A DNA stretch of 54,728 bases, the filler included, from Perkinsus olseni (lineage: Eukaryota): assembly GCA_013115125.1 (NCBI GenBank). It is 3 parts of 3 records of this genome, joined end to end, with 100 filler letters (N's around TTAATTAATTAA, not from the genome) between each part and the next. Parts side by side here need not be neighbours in the genome. Positions count along the whole stretch, not along the records: positions 18,292 to 36,466 come from JABANN010000621.1; 2 more parts are not named here. The stretch is one strand, 5' to 3'. Made by a program: the position numbers and the translations under genes. Below the pieces are notes generated by a model. That model saw nothing but the letters and a program-made list of their open reading frames with translations. It did no database searches and was not told the origin of the DNA. Each line of letters begins with the position of its first letter. Position 1 is the first letter of the stretch. Below, piece by piece: positions 24,054 to 35,617 of the stretch.

Positions 24054-25182
24054 TTACATAACAGTATTTTTTATCCATTTTATTTCCTCCTCTCCGGGTT
24101 TCCCGATCATCCTCGTTCCATCGTAACTGAATGTCTTATTCTCTACTGGATCGAAATACCCGTTGCCAACATCATAGCAACCTGAATGGAACGGCATGTA
24201 CTCCATCGACAAAGGGAAGCGAGAGGTTGAGTTAGAATTTCGGGATTATGACCTTTGGGTATCTTAGGTGGACCCTTGGGATCGTTGGTTAACAAAGATG
24301 CGCCAGCAGGTCGGATGCCGTGTTTAACCTCATCATAAAATCTCCGATCGCCGTTATTCAGATACCCCCAATCCTTATCCTCGAAGTCAAGGCCATCCCC
24401 GAAGACGTATCTAAGGTCGATGCATACAAGATACAAAGTAGCTTAGGAGCTGGGCCATCGGAAAGAGGATCACAAAGAGTTTGTGACAAACCACCTCCGC
24501 TAATTGCGCGAATGGCGCCTTCATGCACATCCCCCCCGCGTTCGATCTCACCACCGAGACAGACGTTCAACGACGTCCGAAGGAAGTTTGGCACTCGAGA
24601 GACCAAAATAATACAGCTACTCCCCCGGTTCTCGACATCGACCAGTGGTCGACGACCACCCACGGACTAAGATGCTAATTTCTATTTTAAAGTCGTTTGC
24701 GGTCGTCAGAGTCCAGCACGGGGGGACGACATACTGTGGGAATGACGTCTTCGAAGCAGCACCTTTTCGCCGCGCCACGAAACTGCGGCCCGAGCCTTCA
24801 CTTGCTACCCTCTAGCAAGCTGGCATTCTCATTCCTAATTTCGGCTACGAATTACACGGGCAACACGAGATTGCGTCATCATCCAGGGAAGAACGGAAAA
24901 TCAAGAGAAGACACGGGGATTCCGTGGAGCGGTTCAGATGGATTTTTTCGTTACCTGCCGTCAATGGCAATGCCCCTCTTCCACTTGCCAATGAAGGTAC
25001 CGCCATCCGGGAACGTGAGAGTCCCCTCGCCATCAAATTCATCATTGATGAAATCACCGGAGTATCTTAGGTTGACCCTGGCACGATACGAAGTTGCCAT
25101 TGTACTACTACACCGTGCCGTTGGGGAAGGTATATTCCCCCTTCCCCTCGATCCATCCGTTCTTGACGGAACTCTCGGACAT
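24054..25182 (-). CDS. MORN5: MORN repeat-containing protein 5, multi-exon (3' end uncertain)
   Basis: Spliced product: NGWIEGKGEYTFPNGTVYSGDFINDEFDGEGTLTFPDGG..YVFGDGLDFEDKDWGYLNNGDRRFYDEVKHGIRPAG..PPKIPKGCYDVGNGYFDP. This matches the MORN5 motifs DRRFY, GLKPAG and IPKGYYDCGDGFYNP. Confidence 0.88.
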
Positions 25183-25702
25183 GAGAATCAAATGATGATG
25201 CAACGATGGTTGCCACAATTTGTCAAATTGCATTTTATGCGACAAAATAGCGCACGCCAGAAAATAGACTGCGCCAGTGGAAATAATCGGGGCTAATTGG
25301 ATGAGAAACTTCTTGAGGCTGAGTCTGCTGGCTGTCTCGGGTGGAAATGACTGCGAATTTAAAGTTAGAGTAGCGACATTAGGGCAAGCTAGGGTGACAT
25401 CAGTACATTATTAATTGCCTTGGATGATTGATGATGCTATTACTGTCTTGACTGCCTGCATCGATGCCGTCATGCTGATCTTCAATATTTTGCGGAGTCT
25501 CTGGGCCGTACTCGCCTACCCCATTACGATCGTCGTATCGTTCTTAATGGTAGTAGCAGAGGGACACTGACTGGCAGCGTATCTTCCGGAATGCAGGTTC
25601 TTGCATTGGTAGCATTTAATTGGTATGTTACGTGGACTCTGGTGTTACGCCATGTAATCAGGAGTATCTTGTTTTCTTTCGGCTGCGCAAAGATTCTTCT
25701 AG

Positions 25703-25817
25703 GTGGGTCCGTTCAAAGATTTCTTGAAGGCCAGGGCTAAGCGATTGGCAGCGGAAGAAGCTGCAGTAGCGGAAGAGAAGAAAAAGAAGGAAGAGGAGGC
25801 GGCTAAAAATCGGCCGG
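25703..25817 (+). CDS. Charged coiled-coil exon of an unresolved hypothetical gene
   Basis: AG acceptor, then VGPFKDFLKARAKRLAAEEAAVAEEKKKKEEEAAKNRP, then a GT donor. Hydrophobic exons lie upstream. Confidence 0.4.
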
Positions 25818-27170
25818 TGCGAAGGCGGGTAATATGGCGTAGTAGTCAGAGTAGTGGTTTGATGACCGGGAGGTATTGGGTTCGATTCTAATCAGGTCCG
25901 TATAGGCCTCTTCGGACCGTACATCCCAAAACGTCATCACTCCAGCTCTACCGCTCGTAGAAGGCCGGTGTTTTTGCCGCCTCCGATGAGCATCGGTTAT
26001 TGAGGTGGGCGTATCTTGAGGTCTGTGAGAGCCCAGGTCGACTTGTAAAATACCGACTGGTGATGCGTGGTGGGATGCCACCCAATTTCTGAAAGAAGAC
26101 ATCAATTCTGGACCGATAACACTGCCATAATAATTTTTACAGTCTATCCACATCAATTCGCAATGTCGTATACTATTGGTCATTTGAGCTGTAAGAAATA
26201 CCTGCATGTGCACTGGCTGACCTATTTTGTATCTCCCGCGAATCAACCTTGGATACGGCAGTGTTATTTATCAGCTTGTTGACTGTTGTGTGGGGCATTC
26301 CTATTGGGAACTAAGAATCTCTGATGTCAAGTTTGAAGGGTTCATGTTTTCCTTTTCCATGCCACCCGCAAGCAGCAGCAGCAGGAACTCGTGGGTTGAC
26401 CTCGACTCGCCGGAAATACAGCGGCTAATCGAATGGTAATTTACGCTCGAGTATCTTCCACCCGATTTGAGATGTGAAGTAGGTATAAGTTGAAGCCCGA
26501 TGAACGGCGACATTTGGCCAAACCTTGTGGAAGGGCAGCACCGGAGGCAGCAGGTGTTTCAAGGAGGACTCGTGAAGGGCTGTAGCATCGAGTTTGCTAT
26601 GATGCTGAGTATTTCAGAAAGGCCTAGCAAATTGCCGAGGATCGTGGCCCGGGCGTCGGGTGAAGTGAACCGGCAACAGCAGCGAGAGGAGGGGGATGGT
26701 AGTCGACCTAAGCAGGCAAGGATGGAGGACAAACGGCGCCGTGAGGCTATGAGGAAGTAGTGACGGTACTGACAGGGGAGATGTGGTAGAGATGTGGTAT
26801 CTTCGTCGTTCGTGGAATGCTGGGTCGACCTGCCATATATACAATATGTTAAACGGTCAGTATTCCCTGGCGAATGGAAAAGTGTAGAGTCTTGGAAATC
26901 TTCGGTGCTCGCTTCTCCCTCGCGAACTATGTACAGTCATTCTTGCCGTTCCATGGGAGAGTCTCCGTTGGTGTCGAAGAGATTCTCCAGGTTGTTGAAC
27001 AGCATCGAAGCAGCTTGCCGAGAGTACAGCCGAGCGATGGTCCACTGCCAGTACAGAGGTCAGGCCTTGCGGGATGAAACGCGGAAGAGAGACGTGCTGC
27101 CGGTAATAGAAGGGTATTCTTTTTGGGCTATTCTGCATCTAGCGAGCTCCAGGGTAAGATACCTTCTCAG

Positions 27171-27538
27171 TTCCACCTCGTGCCCCCGTCGGTGCGAACG
27201 GGGCCTCTGTCGTTGTTGAGAGAGTCTGTGGGAGAGTCAAGCAACGAGATGGTTAAAGTGTTGCTTGTATGGGAGGAGGAGAATAATGATGAAAATGGCG
27301 GAGCGGAGCTCGAAGAGGTTATGGGCTACCTTGTACTCTTCGATAAGACGTTCAACTTGCTACTGAAGGAAGTCTCGGTAATAATTTCGTGGCGCGGTGA
27401 AGGAAAGAGCGGGTGTAAATATCACTCCTCATGCAGGCCCGACCACGGTTCAGCGACCGAGTTTCGTGGCGCGCGCCGTTCCTGTTCGTGCGTGGAGTGA
27501 ACGTTGTCTGGGTTCGTCGAGGGGGGAAAGAATCTTGA
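27171..27538 (+). CDS. Sm/LSm domain (Lsm11/SmD2-like); last two exons of a gene that may start near 26359
   Basis: GPLSLLRE..VKVLL..GYLVLFDKTFNLLLKEV (Sm1). Intron 27378-27436. LFVRGVNVVWV (Sm2). TGA at 27536-27538. Confidence 0.75.
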
Positions 27539-28341
27539 ATCTTGAGGTTGAGCGTGCAGTATGCAGTGAGGTTGGGTCGAAGTTGGGCTCATCGGGGCCC
27601 GTTCATGCTACGAAATGTTAATAATGGGTTTCTAAGCGCTGATGTTGGCTTAGTTCTTGGAGATGGGTATCTAAGGTCGATCTGTGCATGATACGGATGA
27701 GCTCAAGGAGTTCAGTATGCTCCCCGGCATCTTGGGAACGACTTGGGCTGATCTTATCATCTTCAGTTTGGCATATTTCATTTCCTTCATCTCCATCGAG
27801 AGGAGGAAATTTATCTTCAGAAAAGACAAGTCGCACGGACAGCACCGATTCCGGCAGAGTTGGTCGTGCTCGACTTTCAACTTTTATAATAATCTTTGGT
27901 GGCAGTAGTACCGAAGGAGTTTTTCGTAGTCCGAACCCCTTCGGCAGAAAGTAGAAGATATTCTGTTGGAGATACCAGTGACTTGCCGCTCCTGTTTGAA
28001 AGCAGTCAAAGAGACCCTATCAGCGGCCTTTCGAACATCACCAACAAGAGCGAACTCGACAGAAGAAGAAGTACAGCAAGCAGGGATCGAACCAGGGACC
28101 AACCGAAACAGAAGTCACTTAAGAGACACGAATAAGACAGTGTTGTCTAACTCTTCTGATAATAGTAAAGGGAAGAGAAGCGGCCCGTCTGAAGCTATGG
28201 GGTGCGCGAGGTCGACTCAATCCAAACCGCCAGGTGAGTATCTTTAGGTTGAGGTGGTGGGATACGAATAAGGTTCGGGACTTGTGAGGGTATCTTAGGT
28301 TGATGCGTGCATAGGATAGTTGAGTGCCTTCGTTTTGTACA

Positions 28342-31080
28342 GATGTGGCGCGCATTGCTTCAGCAATAGTGCAAGCAGGAGGTGTTGATCCGTCCTCAGG
28401 AGGGGATGGTAGTAGGCAACGAACGCCCAACGCTGCTGCTGCTGCCGCTTCCTCGACGGAACAGCATCATATACCGAGGGATACCAATACGTAAGAAGGG
28501 TCGATAGGCTAGTAGGGGAGAGGTGTGGGATGCTGAAGTGGCCACCCGGGTTCGAATCCCTTGTAGTTGAATTTCTGATATTTCTCTATTTAGTGTATGA
28601 TATAACTACAACGATTGAGATCGAGAAATCTTAGGTGATGTTGTGTATCGTAGACGATAAGGCGCACTGCATATCATAGACACACCATTGCCTGTTCATT
28701 GTTGCTCGGCATGGTATCTTTCGTATGCCAGGTTGGACGTGACGGTGGATCGAACTTATGATCCATTCGAACCTGACCATATCGACAAGCAAACTATCAA
28801 CGGTTCGGCCGACTTCGTCGTTCGAATATTCAACATGCAGTGTCGATCCTTACCCGAGAGGATGTCGACTAAACTCAGGATATGCTGGGCAGGTAATAGC
28901 GACGGTGGGGAATCTTCGCTGTGCGCATCGGAAGGGTATCCTCCGCGCTTGATTGTTATTATTACCATTCTCGATAGGTACGGTGTACGAGACGGGATGG
29001 CGATGGTCAGCGGACCCTCAGTGGACGTCCGAGCCGATACGATTCATGTGGCATTACAAACCGAGCCCGAATAACAACCGAGGGATAGCAGGAAAGTTCG
29101 TCAAAGTGGATGTAATACATCTTAGTGGGTCTCGGGATCGTTGGATATTCTTCACAGTGCGGTAGTATGATATCTTTCTGGGTGTATGTTAGGTCATCCA
29201 GAAGCTCCCAGATGGGAGTGAATGTTGTCGTGGTACGGTGAAAGTATCTATGCTGACCATCGCGACTGGCCCGATGCACCACGATATTGGGTTGGAGCCC
29301 CCCCTGTCGGAGGAGGATGATGATGGCCATGATCATCTACATCATCATGAGCACACCACTGATGTGCAGCATGCGGAGCGGCCGAAGGGAATGACACCTG
29401 CGGCTAAGCTAGCGGAATCTGGCGTCGGTAGGTCGTAGTAGTGGGGGGGGGGGTAAGAATCGCTTCAGTTTCGTGGCGCGCGGTCAGCGGTTTAGTCTGT
29501 GGGCCTTCGAACGATCATGTGCGGGTTTGGGTAGACGAATGTGTCTACTGTCACGGTCGCCCTCGGTTCTCTGCTGTTAGTTCACACATGGGCCGAACGT
29601 GCGCGGTGTGAGTATCGAGTATCTTAGGTTCAAGCAGGCTCGTGATGAGTATCAAGATGGCTCAGCAAGGGAAGATTTATTTGCAGACTCAGGAAGCTTC
29701 TATTGACTTTGGTAAGACATTTGATTATTTTCTCGCGCGCCCTGAAATCATCATGTTATTGCTGCTTAGGGAGCGGTCACGAAGGTTATCCAGAAGTAGC
29801 TACTCCCCCATGCGATGACGATTCTGCGATGGGTAATCGAAAGGTCCCCGGTTCTAATCCTGGCAACAACATTATCCCCCAGGCCCCTCCTATATTGCTT
29901 CTAGTGAGCTTGTACCCGAGCAACCCGGAGAGGCGCCTTCCCTGGTGTTTGACGGGACTAGGGATCTCGTGGAAGGCAGTCAGCATACTGGGCGCCACTA
30001 CCTACTAGCGTATAACATAACAGGCTTGACATCATAGTAATGATACTGGGAGAGAATTCGTGCTTCGCTCCGCTGGGAATCTTATGTTTTGCATCATTCA
30101 TGGTAAATGCTTGTGGTATCTGAACCATGATGAAGTGAAGAGTCTTGCCGGCGCTGGCGTCGTCCTAAGAGGTTCATGTGTGGATTTCTTCAATTTTCTA
30201 CGTATCTTATCGAATTCATCGCGGTGCGGTGTGAATCTTCTCGTCTTATTTCGGTGGTATCTTGTCAGTCCTCAAACACCAGCGCCGCCTCCACCAACCC
30301 TTCCGGACTCTCCGGCGGGGCCAATTCCACAGTCCTTGGATCAGCTCAGTGATCATGTGTTCCCGGGGAATCTTTTCTCGACTTGGACACCATGCGTGCA
30401 GGAACCTGAATGGGATAATACTGATGGCCAGGTGAGGTTGAAAGATCCCTCTAGGGGTTGCGACCTAGGACGTATCTTTCAGTTACCGTTGGTGTGCTTG
30501 AAAACAAGTATGACATATTTGCGAACGGAATCGCTTTTATTGCGACTTTATTCATCGATCAATTTGTCACCGGATAAATTGGTGAAGTTTCGAGGCGAGA
30601 CATGGGTAAGATTCTGACCTATTTTGTATCTTGCGAGGATAACCTGGGGATACGGTTCAGATTCCTCTAGCGAAGATATATGAAGTGAATGAGTGGGGCC
30701 GTAACGCTATGAGTTCGGCTAATTCGGACTCGGATCAGTCAGCGTCGAACCAAGGCAACTCACCGCCTTTCATCGAACGTAAGTGTATCTTGAGGTTGAG
30801 CAAGCAAGATACAAAATAGGTTAGTCTCATGACACTTTGGCTTCAGGGACAATGACCCAGAAACTTTGGAATCACGGTCGTCATGTCGGCTTGTTGACGA
30901 TGCATTTCCGCATCACCGCCATGCCGCGATATAGACAGCTAGCGGCTGGGGTAATGCCACTGAATATTATTCTGTCACGCGCCCGAAAATTAACTTCCTC
31001 GTTCTCGGCTAGGTTCATATTGGTAACGGTTTTATCGCGAGAACGTCCGCGATTGTCCGCGACGAGCGACCGGGAAGGGC
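28342..31080 (+). CDS. Multi-exon protein with C2-like domains (boundaries approximate)
   Basis: Exons encode LRICWAGTVYETGWRWSADPQWTSEPIRF, GTVKVSMLTIATGPMHHDIGL and EPEWD..LLLRL..GETWIPL, which show C2-like beta-strand patterns. Confidence 0.5.
28499..28570 (+). pseudogene. Intronic tRNA-like relic
   Basis: A-box-like TAGGCTAGTAGG and an exact B-box GGTTCGAATCC (28549-28559). Confidence 0.55.
29830..29871 (+). pseudogene. tRNA 3'-half relic (Val-like)
   Basis: CGAAAGGTCCCCGGTTCTAATCCTGGCAACAACA resembles the 3' half of eukaryotic tRNA-Val. Confidence 0.55.
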
Positions 31081-31125
31081 TATGAGTGGAACTCAGAGCC
31101 CCTGCGATGATGTAAGCGATTATAC

Positions 31126-34100
31126 ATGGGTGAGTTATTCACGATGACGATCTTTTTCACGCAGGCGGCATTGAGGCGGATGCCGGATAAGCTGCGGAGA
31201 GTGTTCTATTTGAGCGAACGATTATTGAGTCCAAATGAGACGAAACCATTCGGTGAAAGTCAGAAGACGGAGAAGCTGGTATTGGAACTTGCTGATGCTT
31301 TCAGCGTCTCGGGTACTACAGGATTCGGGGAAAATACGGTACGAAGTTTGTCCGAATTTATGCGGCGATACCAATTAGCGGCAGAAGTAGAACTTTTTTC
31401 TCTGGAAATTCGAGAAAATGTTCCATTGCTTTGGGTGAATTACCGGACATGATGAGCTCGGTTGCGACGAGTCGAATTATTTTTTCTCAGCTTCCCGTAC
31501 CCCATCTTTTAGTCACTAATAGTTCCATCTGTTTAGGATCATTTTTTTCGGAGTAGACATTTCGTTTTGTGGCGACAGTCCAGTATCATTGCCCTCTTCA
31601 GATAAGCAGTCGATGAAGTCATTCATCTACAGTAGTGATAGGAATCTTCTGAAGGCCCAAGGTATGATGATGGACTTGATACATCAATCTGTGGCGATGC
31701 TCTCGTACACTACTGGTAATAATCATTAACTACTACCCGTTTGGCATCGTCCGAGGGTATGATGGCTTGCGAGGATTCTCCGCTTTGGTAGTAGTCACTG
31801 TGGGAACGGCATCATCTGAATTGCTCCATTGTGTGATTCTGTTTAGTAGAAGGTGAATCCTGATCATACAGTAGATTAGAAGCAGCGGGCTGAATATTTT
31901 AGATTTGTCTTCTGGCGGAGCGGAGTGATTCATGTTATGGAATTTTTCAGGTGGCATACAATGGGGTCTGCAGCAAGCCTATTGTCGATTACTACAAGCC
32001 TTGATAGTTCGAGGGGAGTTGGAGTAATAAAATATCTTTGGCACGAACTTGTTCCCAACGAGCTTCGCTCCGCTAAAATTACCTGCATTTTCAGAGCCCT
32101 TTCGCAATTGCCCCCTCCTCCTAGTGGGTATACCTCTCACGTTGAGGCACGCCGGGACTTGTTGAAGTATCGGGAAAATAAGGCTCAGAAAAGTACTGCG
32201 AGTGCGTGCATACCAACTTTTCCGCGCATCATCGTTGTGTGTCAGTCTCATTGGGCCCGGGGGACCCCGGGTATCTTGACGAGACCCAGGCTGCGGCATT
32301 GGAATGGTTCGAGACCAGAATGAACTGTTGTCGTCGATGGCAAGATACAATGTAAAGATGGGGAGGAGCAAATCATGAATATAAATTTCGCCTCCGTGTG
32401 AAATTTGTGAAATTTTCCGCAAGTGATTTCTCTGTTGGTGTGTGGAAGTGCTTCGCTGTTGTTGAAAGCAGTTACCCACGTTGAGATAGGATCGACATAA
32501 GATGTGAATGCTCGGGTTCGAACTCTGGACCTATTGCATGCCAAGTCACGTCCTCCTACGACTTAGTCATTCTCGGATGCCCTCTCAGATACACGCTAGC
32601 AGTTTTCGCCTTGCGGACGATAGACTCTGGTCGGAGAGGTTACAACCTTTATGAGGTTAGCCCAGATATGATACCGATGTTGTATGCGAGGTAAGGAGAT
32701 ATGCCCAGCGGATCGGGATGCGCTCCGTTCGATCTTCCCGAATTCATTCTACGTCATGTGGATAACTTTCCGCACGGTATGAGCTCTCACCGAAAGTATC
32801 TTCTTATGTGGTATATAATCGCTAGTAGCATAACCTATCTCATGGGATGGACTCACCATGTGCGTATCTTTCCACTCGTTATGAACTCACCATGTGCGTA
32901 TCTTTCCACTTTTTATGAACTCACCATGTGCGTATCTTCTCACTTGTTATGGACTCACCATGTGCGTATCTTTTCACTTGTTATGGACTCACCATGTGCG
33001 TATCTTTTCCTCGTTATGGACTCACCATGTGCGTATCTTTTCACTCGTTATGGACTCATTATGTGCGTATTTCTCCTCGTATAGAAGACCAACTATATGC
33101 ATACCTCTACAGTTGGTGTACACTGATGACGTATCTTGCTATTACCAGGTTATATTTCCTAGTACCAGAGCTTGGTAGAACAGTAGCTGATTGTTTATTA
33201 AGCAAAGAGGAGGAAGATATGGATATCGCTGAGTGGAGAGGCAGCTCGTAAGGTTGACCTGCGTTGTGCAAGGTGCGAGATACGCCGAGTATCTTAGGTA
33301 TAGCCTGATGCGAGCATCTTTACACAGCAATCGAGTGTGGGTCCCTCAAGCAAAAGATATTCAATTACTATTCGACCTTACTGACTTCCATAATGGATTG
33401 AAGTAATGAAGAATCTTTGTGTGCATGCGTGTAGATCGGCGTGGCGAATGGTATCTTGTTATGCTTTTTCAGTGAATACTTTGGATTAACGGAGCATGGA
33501 TGGGTGAGAGTGAAACGCAGACTGCTGCAGGTGAGGAAGGTCGAAGCCTGCTCTATAGGCTTCGAAAGATACGTTTTCATTGTCTTAGATTCAAGTTCAC
33601 GCATTGATCGGCGAGAAAAGTTTGTGGCGCGCGAGAATGAGGAAGAGGAAGACAACGTTTTTGCTCTTCGTGAAGTGTTGGTGCAAGTATGAACCTGTTT
33701 TGAATCTAGCATGCTTAACGCAGAGATACGTTTCTTGCAGATACGTTTCTGAAGTGGTTGTCGACCAGAACCAGCTGGCAGATTTGTGGAAGTATTTACC
33801 TGGATATCGGACGCTTCTCAAGGGGGTGAGTATCTCCAGGTTGATCGCGAAAGATACCAAATAGGTCAACTTCGAACCCACAGGTATTCCTTTGCATGAA
33901 GTACCATAAGAGAGTTGACCACTACCCGGATGCCTTAGTCGACTGTGCGGCCAGTGTCCTGAGGAACACACAGACGCTCAGCTGCATCGTGAAAGTGAAC
34001 AACTATGCCCGCTCGTGTCCTCTCGCCCTATCTTACTTTCAGATAATGTTCCACAGTACCAATGTCTATAACCAAAAAGCTGTCGCATGCGCTATGAAGA

Positions 34101-35381
34101 TGGTAAGGCTGAATACGGAGGGGTCTTGTCACTCATGGCTGTTCACTTCCGCAGATTCATTTCCTATTTTTGTCTCTGCTGGTCCGACATGCTTCACTAC
34201 CGGGCGATTTCGACATGAACTTTTTACTGCATGGCATCGATATGCTATTAGAGTACTCAGTCTTGACATCTTTTGTATCTTGCCTGCTTCAACCTGAGAT
34301 ATTTTTCAGGTGTGATATAGCTAGAAACATGCATAACGTTCTGTGGTTGATCTATCAGCATTGGGGTCTCTTTGCTGGCCCCGTGTCGACCATGAGTGGG
34401 CGAAGTTTGGTCACTGACCATTTACTAGGAAAGCACTTCGACAGGTTGCTGGTGAGCTTTGCCGAGGTTAATTTCGTGGCGCGTGACGTGGTGATTCCTC
34501 CTCAGTTGCATTGGTCCTGGTTTGTTCGCCAGCGATTCATTCTTCTGCTGCTCTTCCGCGTCGGCCCACTTGTTGGTAAGTCGAGCATACCTCATCCCGT
34601 CTGCCTTCAACCCTTATTTACAAGATCCTCCCCCGCTGGACTCGGCCCCCTCGGCTGAGCAGAATCCTTCCGCCTCGACTACTCGAGCGAATGATCAAGT
34701 CGGCTACTACAAATGGCGGTGTGTTGTGACTGAATTAGTGGCAAGACAATTAGCGAGGTAAGGCATGTTCCATTTCATGCATTTAGCGCCCGCCCTGATA
34801 ATCGATTTGTTTTTCGGTCAGATACGGTCTCACTGATGTTATCAAGGATCTGTCCTTGCGTGGGGGCAACGCTTCCTCGAACGACGCGAAGTCGTCGTCG
34901 GCTGCGGCGTCGGCGGGTGGCATGTTCCGAATGCCGGTCCCTGCGCGGACAGGACAGGTGCCCAAACGAGAGTATCACTTCAAAGTACCACCGGATGTAA
35001 CACCGTTACAAGCTAAGGAGGTGAGTATCTTGAGGTTGATCATGCAAGATACAGAATAAGTCGGTATAAAGACGAATTTGCTATGCTGATGAAATTTTCC
35101 GGATTCGAGAACTTGGGCGACGTTGTTGTGCGTCACGCGCCATGAAATTACGGTCAGGTGCCATTGGTTGAGACTGAGTGGACGAAACAGATGCAACATC
35201 ATGACCTGTGGAGGATGTTGCCGTCCGTATCAGTAAGAAGAGTATCTTTAGGTCGGAATAGGTGATGACCGTATCGTCTCAGGAGCGTATCCGATGTCTA
35301 CCACAATTTGAGCTCACCGACTTCGTCGAGCTCGACCGTGGAGTTGATGATTTCTCTAACCCTGAGCTGGATGAACAGTAA
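31126..35381 (+). CDS. DUF1765-like protein, multi-exon (5' boundary approximate)
   Basis: Exons with STNVYNQKAV, DFDMNFLLHGIDMLL, NVLWLIYQHWGLF and LLLHWSWFVRQRFILLLLFRV resemble the DUF1765 HWSxxVR region. Probable stop at 35379-35381. Confidence 0.55.
32848..33075. repeat. Tandem repeat, 34-bp unit, 7 copies, probably intronic
   Basis: ACTCA(C/T) recurs at 32851, 32885, 32919, 32953, 32987, 33020 and 33054. Confidence 0.95.
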
Positions 35382-35617
35382 GATTCTTCAATCTCGACCG
35401 TCCCTCGTAATGGTCGTTCATCAGATCTGTATGTGACGAGGACTGGTCCCCAACTGCAGCTGATTTATGATGATGATGATGCCGTCGTCTGCGACGAAGT
35501 CACCCTGCGCGAGCTACTACCACCTTCACAAACCTTTACTATTGTTCTACTATTCTCGTCGGCCTTTGCGTTGTAGTAGTGCTGCCAAGGATGGCATTCA
35601 TTGGCAGCAGTTCTTGT

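Noticed and set aside
32848-33075. Arrays at 3221, 4978, 11266, 32848 and 36747 as CRISPR
   Set aside because: Head-to-tail units with no unique spacers, no cas genes and a eukaryotic context.
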